Shown piece after piece: positions 1 to 14,350 of a DNA stretch of 64,000 nucleotides (position 1 is its first letter; every line of letters begins with the position of its first letter). Both the position numbers and the translations under genes were made by a program. The notes below the pieces were generated by a model. That model had not been told where the DNA came from. It searched no databases and saw only the letters and a list, made by a program, of their open reading frames with translations. This DNA is from an uncultured beta proteobacterium (GTDB lineage: Bacteria > Pseudomonadota > Gammaproteobacteria > Burkholderiales > Casimicrobiaceae), in assembly GCA_963713125.1 (NCBI GenBank), contig CAVQKL010000012.1, forward strand, positions 65,628-129,627. Reading direction: 5' to 3'.

Positions 1-369
1 CGCCACCAGCGCAGGGCGAACGACTTGCTGCGCGGATGGCCGAGGATCAGCAGGTCGATGCCCAGCTCGGCGACCAGCTTGGTCAGCACATCGACCGGCT
101 CGCCGACGACCAGGTGATCGATGACGTTGAGGCCCTTGGCGGCAAGAAGCCCGTGCGCCGCCTTGAGGTCCGCCTCCATGTGCTCGCGCTCGTCGGCGAG
201 CGCGACCTCGGGCACGTACTCGCCCGCAAGCAGATACGCCGAAGGGTAGTGGACGACCGCGGCGAGATGCACTTCGACCGACGCGTCGGGGACGATGCCG
301 CACCGCTTCGTCGAGCGCCAGGCGCGACTCCGGAGCGCCGTTGTAGGCGACGAGAATCTTGCGGTACAT
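1..369 (-). CDS. Universal stress protein (UspA family), truncated at the window edge. One apparent frameshift after ...LALDEAVR.
   Basis: Reverse-strand translation from the ATG at 367-369 (SD GAGGAGG upstream) gives MYRKILVAYNGAPESRLALDEAVR; continuing in the +1 frame gives IVPDASVEVHLAAVVHYPSAYLL...GIDLLILGHPRSKSFALRWW. Typical UspA fold motifs. This frame is not in the ORF track. Confidence 0.6.
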   Translation of the reverse strand, partial: MYRKILVAYNGAPESRLALDEAVRHRPRRVGRSASRRGRPLPFGVSACGRVRARGRARRRARAHGGGPQGGARASCRQGPQRHRSPGRRRAGRCADQAGRRAGHRPADPRPSAQQVVRPALVA

Positions 370-490
370 GAGGCCTCCTCGCGCAGGGCGGGTTAATTGT
401 TGTCCGGCCGATGCCTGCGGATCGACCAGGCGGCCGCTGTCGCGGCCACAAACGCAACCGTAACCACCCAGAAGCATTCTTGAAAGGCCG

Positions 491-1559
491 TCATCGCCGC
501 CGGCCGCTGCGGTCGTGCCGGCTCGAGGCCGCGGCGGGCAGGGCCCTGCCCGCCAGCGCGAGCGCGAGCTCGCGCAATTCGTCCCACGCGTTGCCGCGGC
601 CGATGCCTTTGGCCAGCGCGTCGAGTCGCGCCAGGCGCGTCAGCAGGCCGCGGAATCGCCGCCGGTGCGACGCGCTGCGCGGCGCGCTCCATCGCCGCCT
701 GGCGCTTGCCCCAGACGCGCGCCGACTCGCACCGCGGCGCCGACCGGCGTGCCGCCGGCCGCGGCGGCGAGCACGGCGGCGAGCGCATGGATGTCCTCGC
801 CGAGCTGCCACAGCAGCAGCGGCAGGCCTTCGCCCGCGGCTTCGAGCGAGGCGAGGATCCGGCAGGCGCGCGCGGCGTCGCCGGCAAGCCACGCTTCGGA
901 AAGCTGGAACACGTCGAAGCGCGCGACGTCGGCGACCGCCTGCTCGACCGCCGCCGGATCGAGCTCGCCCTCGGGCAGCAGCAGGGCGAGCTTCTGCACT
1001 TCCTGCTGCGCCGCGAGCAGGTTGCCCTCGGTGGTGTCGGCGAGAAATTGCAGCGTGTCGGCGGATGCGCGCTGCTTCTGGCGCGCGAGCCGCGCCGCGA
1101 TCCATGGCGGCAGCTCGTCGCGCTCGAGCGGGTAGACGGCGATCGTGACGCCCGGCCGCCTCGAGCGCGGAGAACCACGCCGAGCTCGTCGCGGCGCGAT
1201 CGAGTCGCGGCAGCGTGATCAGCATGAGCGCATCGGTGCCCGGATGCTTCGCGCAGTCTTCGAGCACACGCGCGCCTTCGACGCCGGGCTTGCCGCCGGG
1301 CATGCCGCAAGTCGATCAGCTTGCGGCTGCCGAACAGGCCCAGGTTGCGATTGGCCGCAGCCAGCGCGTCCCATTTGAAGCCGGCCTCGGCGACCAGGAT
1401 TTCGCGCTCGTCGTAGCCGGCCGCGCGCGCCGCGGCGCGTATCTCGTCGCCGGCTTCGATCGCCAGCAGCGGCTCGTCGCCGTGCACGACGTAGAGCGGC
1501 GCTAAGGCCCTGGGCCAGATGGGCTGCGAGCTGGGCAGGACGGACCTGCATCGATGCAA
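491..1559 (-). CDS. holA: DNA polymerase III delta subunit, split over at least 4 frames
   Basis: Fragments LAPLYVVHGDEPLL..., IPGGKPGVEGARVLEDCAKHPGTDALMLITLPRLDRAA..., LQKLALLLPEGELDPAAVEQAVADVARFDVFQLSEAWLAGDAARACRILASLEAAGEGLPLLLWQL..., RVWGKRQAAMERAAQRV... and RLDALAKGIGRGNAWDELRELALALAGR lie in different frames. Position directly downstream of lptE matches the leuS-lptE-holA order. Confidence 0.75.
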
Positions 1560-1586
1560 TGGTCTGCGAAGGGCGCCGAGGCGACG

Positions 1587-2157
1587 CTACGCGGCCGGCT
1601 TCCTCGCCGCCTGCAGGCGGCGCACGATCTGCTGCACGGCGTCGGTCTGCATCTCGCGCCAGAGCCGCTGCTCCTGCGCTTCCTTGGCCAGCGCCTCGGT
1701 GTCGCTGTAGGTGTAGCTGCGGCGCACCAGCACTTCGGACGTCGGCAGCCAGTCGTTGCCGTCGTTGTCGTGAACGCGGACCAGCACGCGCTTGATCAGC
1801 AGGAATTCGCTGACCTTGCCGCCGCCGGACAGCGACAGGATCTGCTTGTTGTCCTCGACGCTGACGATGTCCAGCACGACCTGCGCCGTCCGGCGCCGTC
1901 TCGACCAGCTTGGCCGAACCGATGCCGTCGAGCGAGCGCCTGAGCTCGATGGTGATCGGCAGCGCCGGCGGCGCGCTCAGGAACATCGTCTCGAACGGCA
2001 TAGTGCGCTTCACCGCGCAGATGGAATCCGCACGCGGCGAGTGCGCCCGAGAGAGCGAGCCCGACGATCAGTCGGGCGAAGGCCGATCGGAAAGCGCGGT
2101 CGCCGTCCTTGCCCAAGCGAAGGCCCAGCGTCGTTCGGGTTTCCGGGAATCGCGTCA
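1587..2157 (-). CDS. lptE: LPS-assembly lipoprotein LptE, three frames
   Basis: [15 protein letters not shown]...[16 protein letters not shown] (lipoprotein signal), then [33 protein letters not shown], then [78 protein letters not shown]. The ATG overlaps the leuS stop (ATGA). Confidence 0.75.
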
Positions 2158-4790
<2,633 letters not shown>

Positions 4791-4838
4791 TTGCGGGTTT
4801 GGATCGTTCGCGGGAATTATACCGGCAGCGGGCTGTTA

Positions 4839-5428
4839 TCACGTCAGGCCGGTAACGGCACCGACCAATGCGACGACACCCATCAGCGCGAACAGCGCGG
4901 CCGCGATCATGCGCACGAGCCTGAACGGAATGCGCCGCGCACCGGCGTTGCCGAGCAGCACCACGGGCACGTCGGCGAGCAGCATGCCCAAGCGTCGTGC
5001 CCGCGACGACCGCCGCGATGTTGCCGAATTGCGCCGCCAGCACAGCGGTGGCGATCTGCGTCTTGTCGCCCATCTCGGCGAGGAAGAACGCGCCCACGGT
5101 GAGCACGAACGCGCCGAGATTGCCCGCAGGCGACGCGGCTCGAGTCTTCGGCGTGGTCGGCCTTGAGCGCCCACAGCGCGACGGCGAAGAACGACGCCGC
5201 GACCAGCCAGCGGAGCCACTGCGCCGGCAGCGCGTGCCGCACCCAGTCGCCGACGAACGCCGCCAGCGTATGGTTGGCCAGCGTCGCGACCAGGATGCCG
5301 AAGATGATCGGCACCGGCCGGCGAAGCCGCGCGGCCAGCATCAGCGCCAGCAACTGGGTCTTGTCGCCGATTTCGCCGACGGCAACGACGACGATCGATG
5401 CGAGCAGGGCTTCCACGGGAGGGATGGG
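4839..5428 (-). CDS. UPF0016 (GDT1/TMEM165) family membrane protein, putative Ca2+/Mn2+:H+ antiporter. Two-repeat topology, frame-disrupted.
   Basis: Two E-x-G-D-K-T motifs: [30 protein letters not shown]... and [49 protein letters not shown]...[19 protein letters not shown]. Confidence 0.6.
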
Positions 5429-5581
5429 TTTTTCGGGAAACGACCGGCGGCGGCGGGACCATCGGTCGGTCGCGAGCGCCCGCTTGCCGCCTTTCCGGGG
5501 CAGAGCACGAGCGTTCGGGCAGGGCGCGACGGCTAAAATTGTAGCCGTATCGGGGAACCGGTCCGCGCCGCCGCGGACCCA

Positions 5582-7783
5582 ATGCAGGCCCATTCGCCAC
5601 CATGCCAACCGCGCCTAATCGCCTCATCGTGTCTGATCGCCGCAGCGTTTATCGCTGCAGCGGTCGCCGTCGCGCATGCCGCTCCGGTGCGCACCGCGCA
5701 CGTCGAGGCCGAACTGGTGCCCGAGCGCAGCGCGCTCGTCCCCGGCGAGCCGCTGACCGTGGCGCTGCGTCTGGCGATGGACCGCGGCTGGCACACCTAC
5801 TGGCAAAACCCCGGCGATTCCGGATTGCCGACAACGCTCGCCTGGAAGCTGCCGGCCGGCATGAGCGCCGGGCCGATGCAGTGGCCGGCGCCGCAGGCCT
5901 TGCCGGTGGGCCCGCTGCTCAACTACGGCTACGAAGGCGAAGTGCTGCTGCTGACCGAGCATCGCGACCACCGGCGACATCGCCCGCGCGCCGTCGGTCA
6001 CGCTGCACGCGCGCGCCGACTGGCTGGTGTGCAAGGAGATCTGCATTCCCGGAAGGCGCCGATCTGACGCTGAGCTTGCCGGTCGCGCCGCACGGCGCGG
6101 CGCGGCGACGCCGTCCGCGGATTCGCGCTGGACCGCGGCGATCGCCAGGACGCGCGCGTCGTTCCCGCGTCCGCTGCAGAGGATGGAATGCCAGCGCGAC
6201 CGCGCGCGGCACGACGGTCGATCTGGTGCTGACGCCCTCGCCCGGCGCTCCGGCGCCGGCCGACGTCGGCACGCTGCGCTTCTTTCGCGTACGACGACGG
6301 CAGGATCGAGCCGAGCGGCGCACAGCCAGCTGACGCGCGACGGCGCGACGCTGGACGCTCGCGTTGCCGGTCGCCGTGCAGCGCGTCGGCGAATTCACGC
6401 GTCTTGCCGGCGTGCTCGCGTCGACGACGGGTACCTCGGCAGCAACGGGCGCGCCGCGGTCGGTCGACGTCCCGCTGGCCGGAACGGTCGTCGGCGGCAG
6501 CGGCGCCCGCGGAACGCCTCGCGCAGTGCTGCCGCTCGCGCCGGCCGGCGAACGCGCTGTCGCTGGGCGCCGCGATCGCGTTCGCGCTGATCGGCGGCAT
6601 GCTGCTGAACCTGATGCCCTGCGTGTTCCCGGTGCTGTCGCTGAAGGTGCTGGGCTTCGCGACGCAAGGCGGCGATCGTGCGACGATGCGCAAGCACGGG
6701 CTCGCATTCGCGGCCGGAGTCGTCGTGTCGTTCTGGCTGCTCGCTGCCGTGCTCGTTGCCTGCGCGCGGCAGGAGCAGCAGCTCGGCTGGGGCTTCCAGC
6801 TGCAGTCGCCGGCGGTCGATCGCGGGACTCGCGCTGCTGTTCTTCGTGCTAGCGCTGAATCTGTCCGGACTGTTCGAGATTCGGCCAGTTGCTGCCGTCG
6901 TCGCTGACCGGCTGGAACGCGAGGAAGCCGTCGTCAACGATGCGCTGTCGGGCGTGCTCGCCGTCGTCGTCGCCTCGCCGTGCTCGGCGCCGTTCATGGG
7001 CGCCGCACTCGGCTATGCGCTGACCGGCTCGATCGACGTCGACGTGGATCGTCTTTTCGGCGCTGGGCATCGGCATGGCGCTGCCGTATCTGCTGCTCGC
7101 CTGGTTTCCCGCGTGGCGCGCGCAGGCTGCCGAAGCCCGGTCGCGTGGATGCTGCGGCTGAAGCAATTGCTCGCGTTCCCGCTGTACGCGCACGGTGATC
7201 TGGCTCGCCTGGGTGCTCGGCGCGCAGCTCGGCAACGATGCGGTCGCGCGGCTCGCCGCGAGCCTGCTGCTGGTCGCGCTCGCGCTCTGGGCGTGGCAGA
7301 CGATGCGCATCGGGCGGCGCGCGCGCCTGGGGCGCCGCGGCGATCGCGAGCCTTGCCGGCGCGTTGATCGTCGGCTGGCCGGTGGCCGCGGGCGTGACGA
7401 CCGAAAGCGCGAGGCCGCTGCCACCGGCGAGTCGGGACCGTGGCAGGACTACACGCCGCAGCGCGTCGCCCAGCTCGTCGGCGCGGGCCGGCCGGTGTTC
7501 GTCGATTTCACCGCCGCGTGGTGCGTCACCTGCCAGGTCAACAAGCGTCTGGTGCTCAACACCGACGCCGTGCAGCAGGCGTTCGTGCAAGGCAACGTCG
7601 CCCTGGTGCGCGCCGACTGGACGCGCCGCGATCCGGTGATCGGCGCCGCGCTCGCCGCGCTCGGGCGCGACGGCGTGCCGGTCTACGTGCTGTACCGGCC
7701 CGACAAGGCGCCGCTGCTGCTGTCGGAACTGCTGAGCAAGCAGGAAAGTGCTGGCCGCGATCGGCACGCTGCGATCGGGCTGA
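5582..7783 (+). CDS. dsbD: Thiol:disulfide interchange protein DsbD (protein-disulfide reductase), multiple frames
   Basis: Alpha domain: DRGWHTYWQNPGDSGLPTTLAWKLPAG...WLVCKEICIPE. Transmembrane domain: LNLMPCVFPVLSLK...ASPCSAPFMGAALGYALTGS. C-terminal thioredoxin domain: GRPVFVDFTAAWCVTCQVNKRLVL...VPVYVLYRPDKAP. The true end ...LSKQEVLAAIGTLRSG* requires removing one A from the run 'caggaaagtg' at 7741-7750; the stop TGA is at 7781-7783. Confidence 0.8.
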
Positions 7784-7949
7784 GGCCGAAGCGCCCAGGC
7801 CGCCGGCGCGCGGCCCACGCCGCCTCGCGCTGGCGTTTTCCAGGGCCTGCGGTATGCTTGCCCCAGGCCACCAATGACCCAAGGGAGACCACGATGCCGA
7901 CCGTTCGCAGTCTTTGCCGTACGTCGTTGCGCAGCGCGCGCTAAACGCG

Positions 7950-8940
7950 TGACGGGATCGCGCGGCCGCCGGCGCTGGCTCGCCGCGCCCTGGCGCGCTG
8001 TGTCTCGCGGCCTGCGGACCGCCGGCGGACCGCCCGCTGCAAGGCTACGTCGAAGGCGAGTACGTCCGCGTCGCGGCGCCGTTCGCCGGCACGCTGCAAA
8101 GCTTGCCGTGCAGCGCGGCGCGCAGGTCGCGGCCGGCGCGCCGCTGTTCGCGCTCGAAAACGAAAACGAGATCGCGGCGCGGCGCCAGGCCCAGCAGCAG
8201 CTGCAGGCGGCCGAAGCCAGGCTGGAGAATCTGAAGACCGGCAAACGCGCCGCCGGAAGTCGCGACGGTGGCCGAGCAATTGCGCCAGGCGCAGGCGGCG
8301 CGCGAGCTTTCCGCGGCGAATCTGCGGCGCCAGGAAGCGCTGTTCAAGTCGGGCTTCATCAGCAAGGCCGCGCTGGACGACGTGCGCACGCAACTGCAGC
8401 GCGACGATGCGACGGTGGCACAACTCCAGGCGTCGGTCACGACCGCGAAGCTGCCGGCGCGGCCCGACGAAATCCGCGCTGCCGAAGCCGATGCCGGCAG
8501 CCGCGCGCGATGCGCTGGCGCAGGCGGACTGGCGATTGTCGCAGCGCGCGGTCGACGCGCCCGCGACGGCGCGCGTCAGCGATACCTATTACGTCGTCGG
8601 CGACTGGGTCCCTTCCGGCGGTGTCGTCGCGAGCCTGCTGCCTGCGGCCAACGTCAAGATCCGCTTTTTCGTGCCCGAGACCGAGCTGGGCCGCATCAAG
8701 CCCGGGCAAACCGTCAGCTTCACCTGCGACGCCTGCGGCGCAGCGATGAGCGCCACGGTCAACTTTGTCTCCGACCGCGCCGAATTCACCCCGCCGGTGC
8801 TGTATTCGAAGGAGAACCGCGCGAAGCTCGTGTACCTGGTGGAGGCAAAACCTGCGGCGGACGTGGCGGCGAAGCTCAACGCGGGACAGCCGGTGGATGT
8901 TATGTTGCCGAACTCCACTCAGACGGGGTCGCTCAAGTGA
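7950..8940 (+). CDS. HlyD-family periplasmic adaptor (membrane fusion protein) of an ABC exporter, frame-disrupted
   Basis: LCLAACGPPADRPLQGYVEGEYVRVAAPFAGTLQSL...APLFALENENEIAARRQAQQQLQAAEARLENLKTGKR...LFKSGFISKAALDDVRTQLQRDDATVAQLQ...FTPPVLYSKENRAKLVYLVEAKPAADVAAKLNAGQPVDVMLPN. YbhG-like. Confidence 0.7.
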
Positions 8941-9037
8941 GGATGACGCTTTGGCCGCAGCCGATGGAACCTGCATCGCGCTTGCGCGGATGCGGCGACC
9001 GATGCGATACGTTCTCCCGCTTCCGGTTTTGAGGCCG

Positions 9038-9700
9038 ATGAACGCCGGCATCGACATTCAAGCGACGTTCTGCTTCGTCGACATCGCCGGCTACACGGCG
9101 CTGACCGACACGCATGGCGAACACGCCGCCGCCGATCTGCTGGACGAGTTCGGAGAGCTGGTCCGTGCGTCGATCGACCCTCTGGGGCGGTTGCAGTCGC
9201 TGACCGGCGATTGCGCGTTTCTCGTTTTTCCCGGCCCGCTTGATGCCAAGAATGCGCTGTCCGGCCTCTACCAGGCGATCGCCGATCGCCGGCACTTCCC
9301 GGTGGTTCGCGCCGGCATGCATCACGGCGGCGCGTTGCTGCGGGCAATCGACACTTCGGCTCGACGGTGAATCTCGCGGCGCGGGTGGCCGCGCAGGCGA
9401 CGGGCGGCCAGATCCTGTGCACCAGGCAGGTCGCCGACGCGCTGATCGAGGCGCAGGTCGCCGGATGTCGAAATCGCGCATCAGGGCGCATTTCTCGCTG
9501 CGAAACCTGCCGCAGCCGGTCGACCTGTACGAAGTCGTCCTGTCCGGCTGCGCGCGCGAATACGCGATCGATCCGGTATGCAAGATGCAGGTCGACAAGC
9601 GGCACGCCGCCGGCGACCTGCATTTCGACAAGCGAACGTACTGGTTCTGCTCGCTTGTTGTGCGTCGAGCGGTTTGCCCGGCAGCCTGCTTCATACGTTC
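9038..9700 (+). CDS. Small class III adenylate/guanylate cyclase catalytic-domain protein with a C-terminal YHS (TRASH-like) metal-binding domain, frame-disrupted
   Basis: MNAGIDIQATFCFVDIAGYTALTDTHGEHAAADLL...LTGDCAFLVFPGP... has the metal-binding Asp residues. GDTVNLAARVAAQATGGQILCTRQVADAL has the transition-state Asn/Arg. The C-terminus DPVCKMQVDKRHAAGDLHFDKRTYWFCS..LCVERFARQPASY matches the YHS pattern. Confidence 0.6.
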
Positions 9701-9719
9701 GATCGAGGCGAAGCAGTCC

Positions 9720-10712
9720 GATGCAACGCGCCGCAGCCAACCGGCAGCGACGTCGTCATCGACGTGCGCGGCCTGAACAAGCATTTCGGCGCCAATCACG
9801 CGGTCAAGGACCTCACGCTGCACGGTTCGGCGCGGCGAGATCTTCGGCTTCCTCGGCCCGAACGGCAGCGGCAAGACGACGTCGATCCGCATGCTGTGCG
9901 GCCTGCTGACGCCGGACAGCGGCGAAGGCACCTGCCTCGGCTACGACATCCGCGCGCAGACCAGGGAGATCAAGCGCCACGTCGGCTACATGACGCAGCG
10001 CTTCTCGTTCTGGGAAGACCTGACGATCCGCGAGAACCTGCGCTTCATCGCGCGCATGTACGGCATGGCCGACGGCGCGGCGCGCGTCGACCAGGCGCTC
10101 GAGCATCTCGGGCTCGCGACGCGCGGCGAGCCAGCTCGCCGGCACGCTGTCCGGCGGCTGGAAGCAGCGGCTCGCGCTCGCCGCGTGCCTGCTGCACGAC
10201 CCGCAGCTGCTGCTGCTCGACGAGCCGACCGCGGGCGTCGATCCGAAGGCGCGGCGCGATTTCTGGGAGGAGCTGCACGCGCTCGCCGCGCGCGGCATCA
10301 CCGTGCTGGTCAGCACGCACTACATGGACGAGGCCGAGCGCTGCCACAAGCTCGGCTACATCCTCTACGGCAAGCTGCTGGTGCAGGGCACGGCCGAGGA
10401 GGTGATCGCCAGCCAGGCGCTGTCGACCTGGGCGGTCGACCGGTCCCGATCTGCCGGCGCTCGCCGAGCGACCTGCGCGGGCTTCCGGCGGTCGAGCAGG
10501 TCGCCGCGTTCGGCAGCGCGCTGCACGTCACCGGGTCGGATCGCGACGCGCTCAAGGCGGCGCTCGCGCCGCTGATGCACGACGCGCGCTCGCGACTGGC
10601 GCGAAGTCGAGCCGGGTCTCGAGGACGTGTTCATCCACCTGATGCGCGACGCGGACGACGCGCCGGCAGCGACCGAAGCGCCGGCGACCGCGCGCCGAAA
10701 GCGGCGCGATGA
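9720..10712 (+). CDS. ABC transporter ATP-binding protein, partner of the ABC-2 permease, frame-disrupted
   Basis: [23 protein letters not shown]...[31 protein letters not shown]...[86 protein letters not shown]. The stop overlaps the permease ATG (ATGA at 10709-10712). Confidence 0.8.
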
Positions 10713-11855
10713 ACGGCGGCTTGTTCTCGTTTTCGCGCTGGCTGGGCATCGTCGGCAAGGAGTTCATCCAGCTGAAGCGCGACCGGCTGACGTTCGCGAT
10801 GATCGTCGGCATCCCGGTCGTGCAGCTGGTGCTGTTCGGCTTCGCGATCAACTCCGATCCCAAGCGCCTGCCGACCGCGCTGCTGGTTGCCGATCGCAGC
10901 GAATTCTCGCGCAGCATCCTCGCCGGCCTGCAGAACAGCCAGCTACTTCGAATTCGTCGGCGAGGCGCAGCGACGAGGACGATGCCGACCGGATGCTCGG
11001 CGATCGGCGAGGCGCAGTTCGTCGTGACGCATACCGGCTGATTTCTCGCGCGCGGCTGGTGCGCGGCGAGCGCCCGGCGATGCTGATCGAGGCCGATGCG
11101 ACCGATCCGACGGCGACCGGCAACGCGATCGCCGCGGTCAACCAGCTCGCGCAGACGGTGCTGAGCCACGATCTCACCGGATCGCTCGCGCCGCTCGCCG
11201 CGACGCCGGCCGCGTTCGAGCGTCGTCGTGCATCCGCGCTACAACCCCGAGGCGATCACGCAGTACAACATCGTTCCCGGGCTGATGGGCGTGATCCTGA
11301 CGATGACGATGGTGATGATGACGGGGCTCGCGATCACGCGCGAGCGCGAGCGCGGCACGATGGAGAACCTGCTGGCGACGCCGGCGACGGTGCTCGAGGT
11401 GATGACCGGCAAGATCGTGCCGTACATCCTGATCGGCCTCATCCAGGTGACGATCGTGCTGGTGCTCGCGCGGCTCCTCTTCGGCGTGCCGATCCAGGGC
11501 AGCGTCGACGTGCTCTATCTCGCCGTGCTGCTGTTCATCGCGGCGAACCTGATGCTGGGGCTCACGATTTCGTCGGTCGCGCGGCAACCAGCTGCAGGCG
11601 ATGCAGATGACGTTCTTCTTCTTCCTGCCCTCGATGCTGCTGTCGGGATTCATGTTCCCGTTCCGCGGCATGCCCGGCTGGGCGCAGGTGATCGGCGAGG
11701 CGCTGCCGCTGACGCATTTCCTGCGCATCGTGCGCGGCGTGCTGCTCAAGGCGAACGGCTGGGCGGAAATCTGGCCCGAGGCATGGCCGATCGCGCTGTT
11801 CGGCCTCGTCATCATCGCCATCGGGCTGAAGACGTTCCGCAGCACGCTCGATTGA
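10709..11855 (+). CDS. ABC-2 type transporter permease (YbhR/YhhJ-like), frame-disrupted
   Basis: [52 protein letters not shown]...[53 protein letters not shown]...[45 protein letters not shown]. Confidence 0.8.
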
Positions 11856-11920
11856 AGCGGCGGTGCGCCGCAGCTTGACCGCTCGCGGCGTCGCAGCTTA
11901 TTGTGATCCGGAGTTTCCGC

Positions 11921-12443
11921 AATGACCGAACCGCCTCCCGATCCGATGCAAGCGCCTGACAGCGGCGCCTATCGTCACGGCGATGACGGCACCGCGCTTT
12001 CCGCCGCGCTACGACGGGCCGCGTCATGCTCGCGCAGGCGCTGACCGGTCTCGCGCGCAGCGACGCAGCGTTCACCCGCGACGGTCCGCGCGCCGACGTC
12101 GAATATCGCGATCTGGGCTGGGCGGCGGCGAGCGGCGGCATGATCGGCGCCAAGCACATCCGCGCCATCCGCCCGTTCGAGGCCGAGACCGGCTGGCACT
12201 GGCACGACATGAGCGCGCATTTCGTCTACGTTCTCCAGGGCTGGATCGAGTTTCGCTACGCGGGCGTCGACGAAGCGGTGAGGGTGAGCGCCGGCGCGTC
12301 GCTGTCGCAGCCGGCCGGGCGTCGCGCACAACGTCGTCGGTCGTTCGGACGACCTGGAGCTGATCGAGATCAACGTACCTGCCGGCTACGGGACCTGGGC
12401 CTTGCCCGCCGAGCCGGGCGTCCGCGGCGGACCGCAAGGGTGA
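11921..12443 (+). CDS. Cupin-2 domain protein, frame-disrupted
   Basis: ...VEYRDLGWAAASGGMIGAKHIRAIRPFEAETGWHWHDMSAHFVYVLQGWIEFRYAGVDEAVRVSAGASLSQPAGVAHNVVGRSDDLELIEINVPAGYGTW. Conserved cupin barrel. Confidence 0.6.
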
Positions 12444-12529
12444 GTGCTCGATCCGATGGCGCCGCCCGCGCCGGCGGCACGCGGCCCGGCGTCGGTCGCC
12501 ACCGCTGAAGGCAGCTGGCGGTCGCGGCG

Positions 12530-13302
12530 CCGCCGCCGACCAAGGCGCGCGATCGCATTTCCGCCGTGCTGTTTCCGATCGCCACCTTTGCGGTGCTGCT
12601 GCTGGCGTGGCAGTTCCTGGTGCGGCTGTTCGGCGTGCCCGGAATACATCCTCCCGGTGCCGACCGAGTTCCTGCACAAGCTGGTCGAGTCGCGCGCGCT
12701 GATCTGGCAGCACACGCTGGTCACCGCCAGCGAGGTCGTGCTCGGCTTCCTCTTTGCCGCGGCGATCGGCGTCCCGCTGGGATTGATGATCGTCTCGTTC
12801 AAGTGGCTGGAGCGCTCGCTCTATCCGTTGATCGTGTTTTTCCAGCTGATTCCCAAGATCGCGGTCGCGCCGCTGTTCGTCGTCTGGTTCGGGTTCGGAC
12901 CGTTTCCGAAGGTGCTGCTGACTTTCATGCTCTGCTTTTTCCCGACGCTGGTCGCCAGCATGACCGGTTTCCGGGCGCTGGACGAACGCGTGCTGTACCT
13001 GTACGCGGTCGATGGGCGCGAATGCCGGGCAGACGTTCCGCTACATCCGCCTGCCGTCGGCGCTGGCGCACATTTTCGGCGGCTTCAAGGTGTCGATCGT
13101 CTTCGCCGCCACCGGCGCGATCGTCGCCGAGTTCGTCGGGTCGAACTCGGGGCTGGGCTATCTGCTGCTGCGCGCCACCAGCTATCTCGACATGCCGCTG
13201 ATTTTCGCGGTCCTGGTGGCGCTGTCGGCGATCGGCATCGTGTTCAGCTACGCCGTACAATTGCTCGAGCGTCTGTGCATGCCCTGGCTGCGCGGGAGCT
13301 GA
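12530..13302 (+). CDS. ABC transporter permease, NitT/TauT (SsuC/TauC-like) family, frame-disrupted
   Basis: LFPIATFAVLLLAWQFLV...ILPVPTEFLHKLVESRALIWQHTLVTASEVVLGFLFAAAIGVPLGLMIVSFKWLERSLYPLIVFFQLIPKIAVAPLFVVWFGFGPFPKVLLTF...GANAGQTFRYIRLPSALAHIFGGFKVSIVFAATGAIVAEFVGSNSGLGYLL. Confidence 0.75.
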
Positions 13303-13339
13303 GTCGTTCCAGTCTTGTTGATGTAAATCGGGCGGAGGA

Positions 13340-14350
13340 GATGATGATGATGAAGAAAGCTATTCGTTGCGGCGGCTCGTCGCGGATCTGCGCCAGCGCT
13401 TGCCGCTCCCGGCGGCGGCGCAGCAAGCTCAAGCCATGAAGCTGACGCTCAACTTCCTCGCCGGCGGACCGCAGGCCGGATTCATGCTGGCCAAGAAGCT
13501 GGGTTACTACAAGGATGCGGGCATCGATTTGACCATCGAGGAAGGCAAGGGATCGGCGACGACCGCGCAGCAGGTCGCGACCGGCCAGACCGACGTCGGT
13601 TTTGCCGACGCGCCGGCGGCGATGCAGATCCGCTCCAAGGGCGCGCCGCTGAAGATCATCGCGCCGATGCTGCAGACCAACGGCTTCGCGATCATCTCGA
13701 TCGAAGGCTCGGGCATCAAGTCGCCGAAGGACCTGGTCGGCAAGAAGCTGGCCGTGCAGCCGGGAACCGCGCAGACGACGCTGCTCGACGCGATCCTCGC
13801 GGAAAACAAGCTCGACAAGGCGAAGCTCGACATCGTCAACATCGACCCGGCGGCGCTGGTCGGCGCGCTGCTGGAAAAGAAGGTCGATGCGATCCTTGCC
13901 GGCGCGGATTTCCAGAGCGTCCAGATGCGCGACCGGGGATTCAAGGTCAACGACATCCTCTATCGCGACGTCGGCGTGCCGACGGTCGGCCTGTCGATCA
14001 TTGCCCGCGACGACCGGCTGAAGGAAAGCCCGGATCTGTATCGGCAAGTTCGTCGCGGCGAGCCTCAAGGGCTGGGACGAAGCGCGCAAGAATCCCGACG
14101 CCGCGGCGGCGGCGGTCATCGAGCAATTCCCGTCCGCGAGCAAGGATCAGATCCTGAAGCAGCTCAATGTCGACCTGATGCTGGTCTGCGCACCCGGCGC
14201 CGACTCGCTCGGACGGGTGCCCGACAAGAACTGGCAGATCGACGCTTCGACCTGCTGACCATGTATCTGAATCTGCCGAAGGACAAGCCGATCAGGCGAC
14301 TATTACAGCAACGATTTCCTGCCGGCGAACGCGCCGAAGTGCTGACGATG
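13340..14350 (+). CDS. ABC transporter substrate-binding protein (NMT1/SsuA/TauA-like), frame-disrupted
   Basis: [157 protein letters not shown]. Confidence 0.7.

Noticed and set aside
8765-9370. ORF-track ORF starting at 8765 (MSPTAPNSPRRCC...) as the start of the cyclase gene
   Set aside because: The first 90 codons overlap the HlyD 3' end out of frame and are Arg-rich noise. The conserved cyclase sequence begins at the internal ATG at 9038 (MNAGIDIQATFCFVDIAGYT).
9038-9700. Interpreting the small class III cyclase as a Pycsar/CBASS-like antiphage signalling cyclase
   Set aside because: No adjacent effector gene with TM, TIR, patatin or nuclease domains. The neighbours are an efflux adaptor and ABC transporter. 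The C-terminal domain looks metal-binding (YHS) rather than effector-like. Kept only as a regulatory-cyclase hypothesis.
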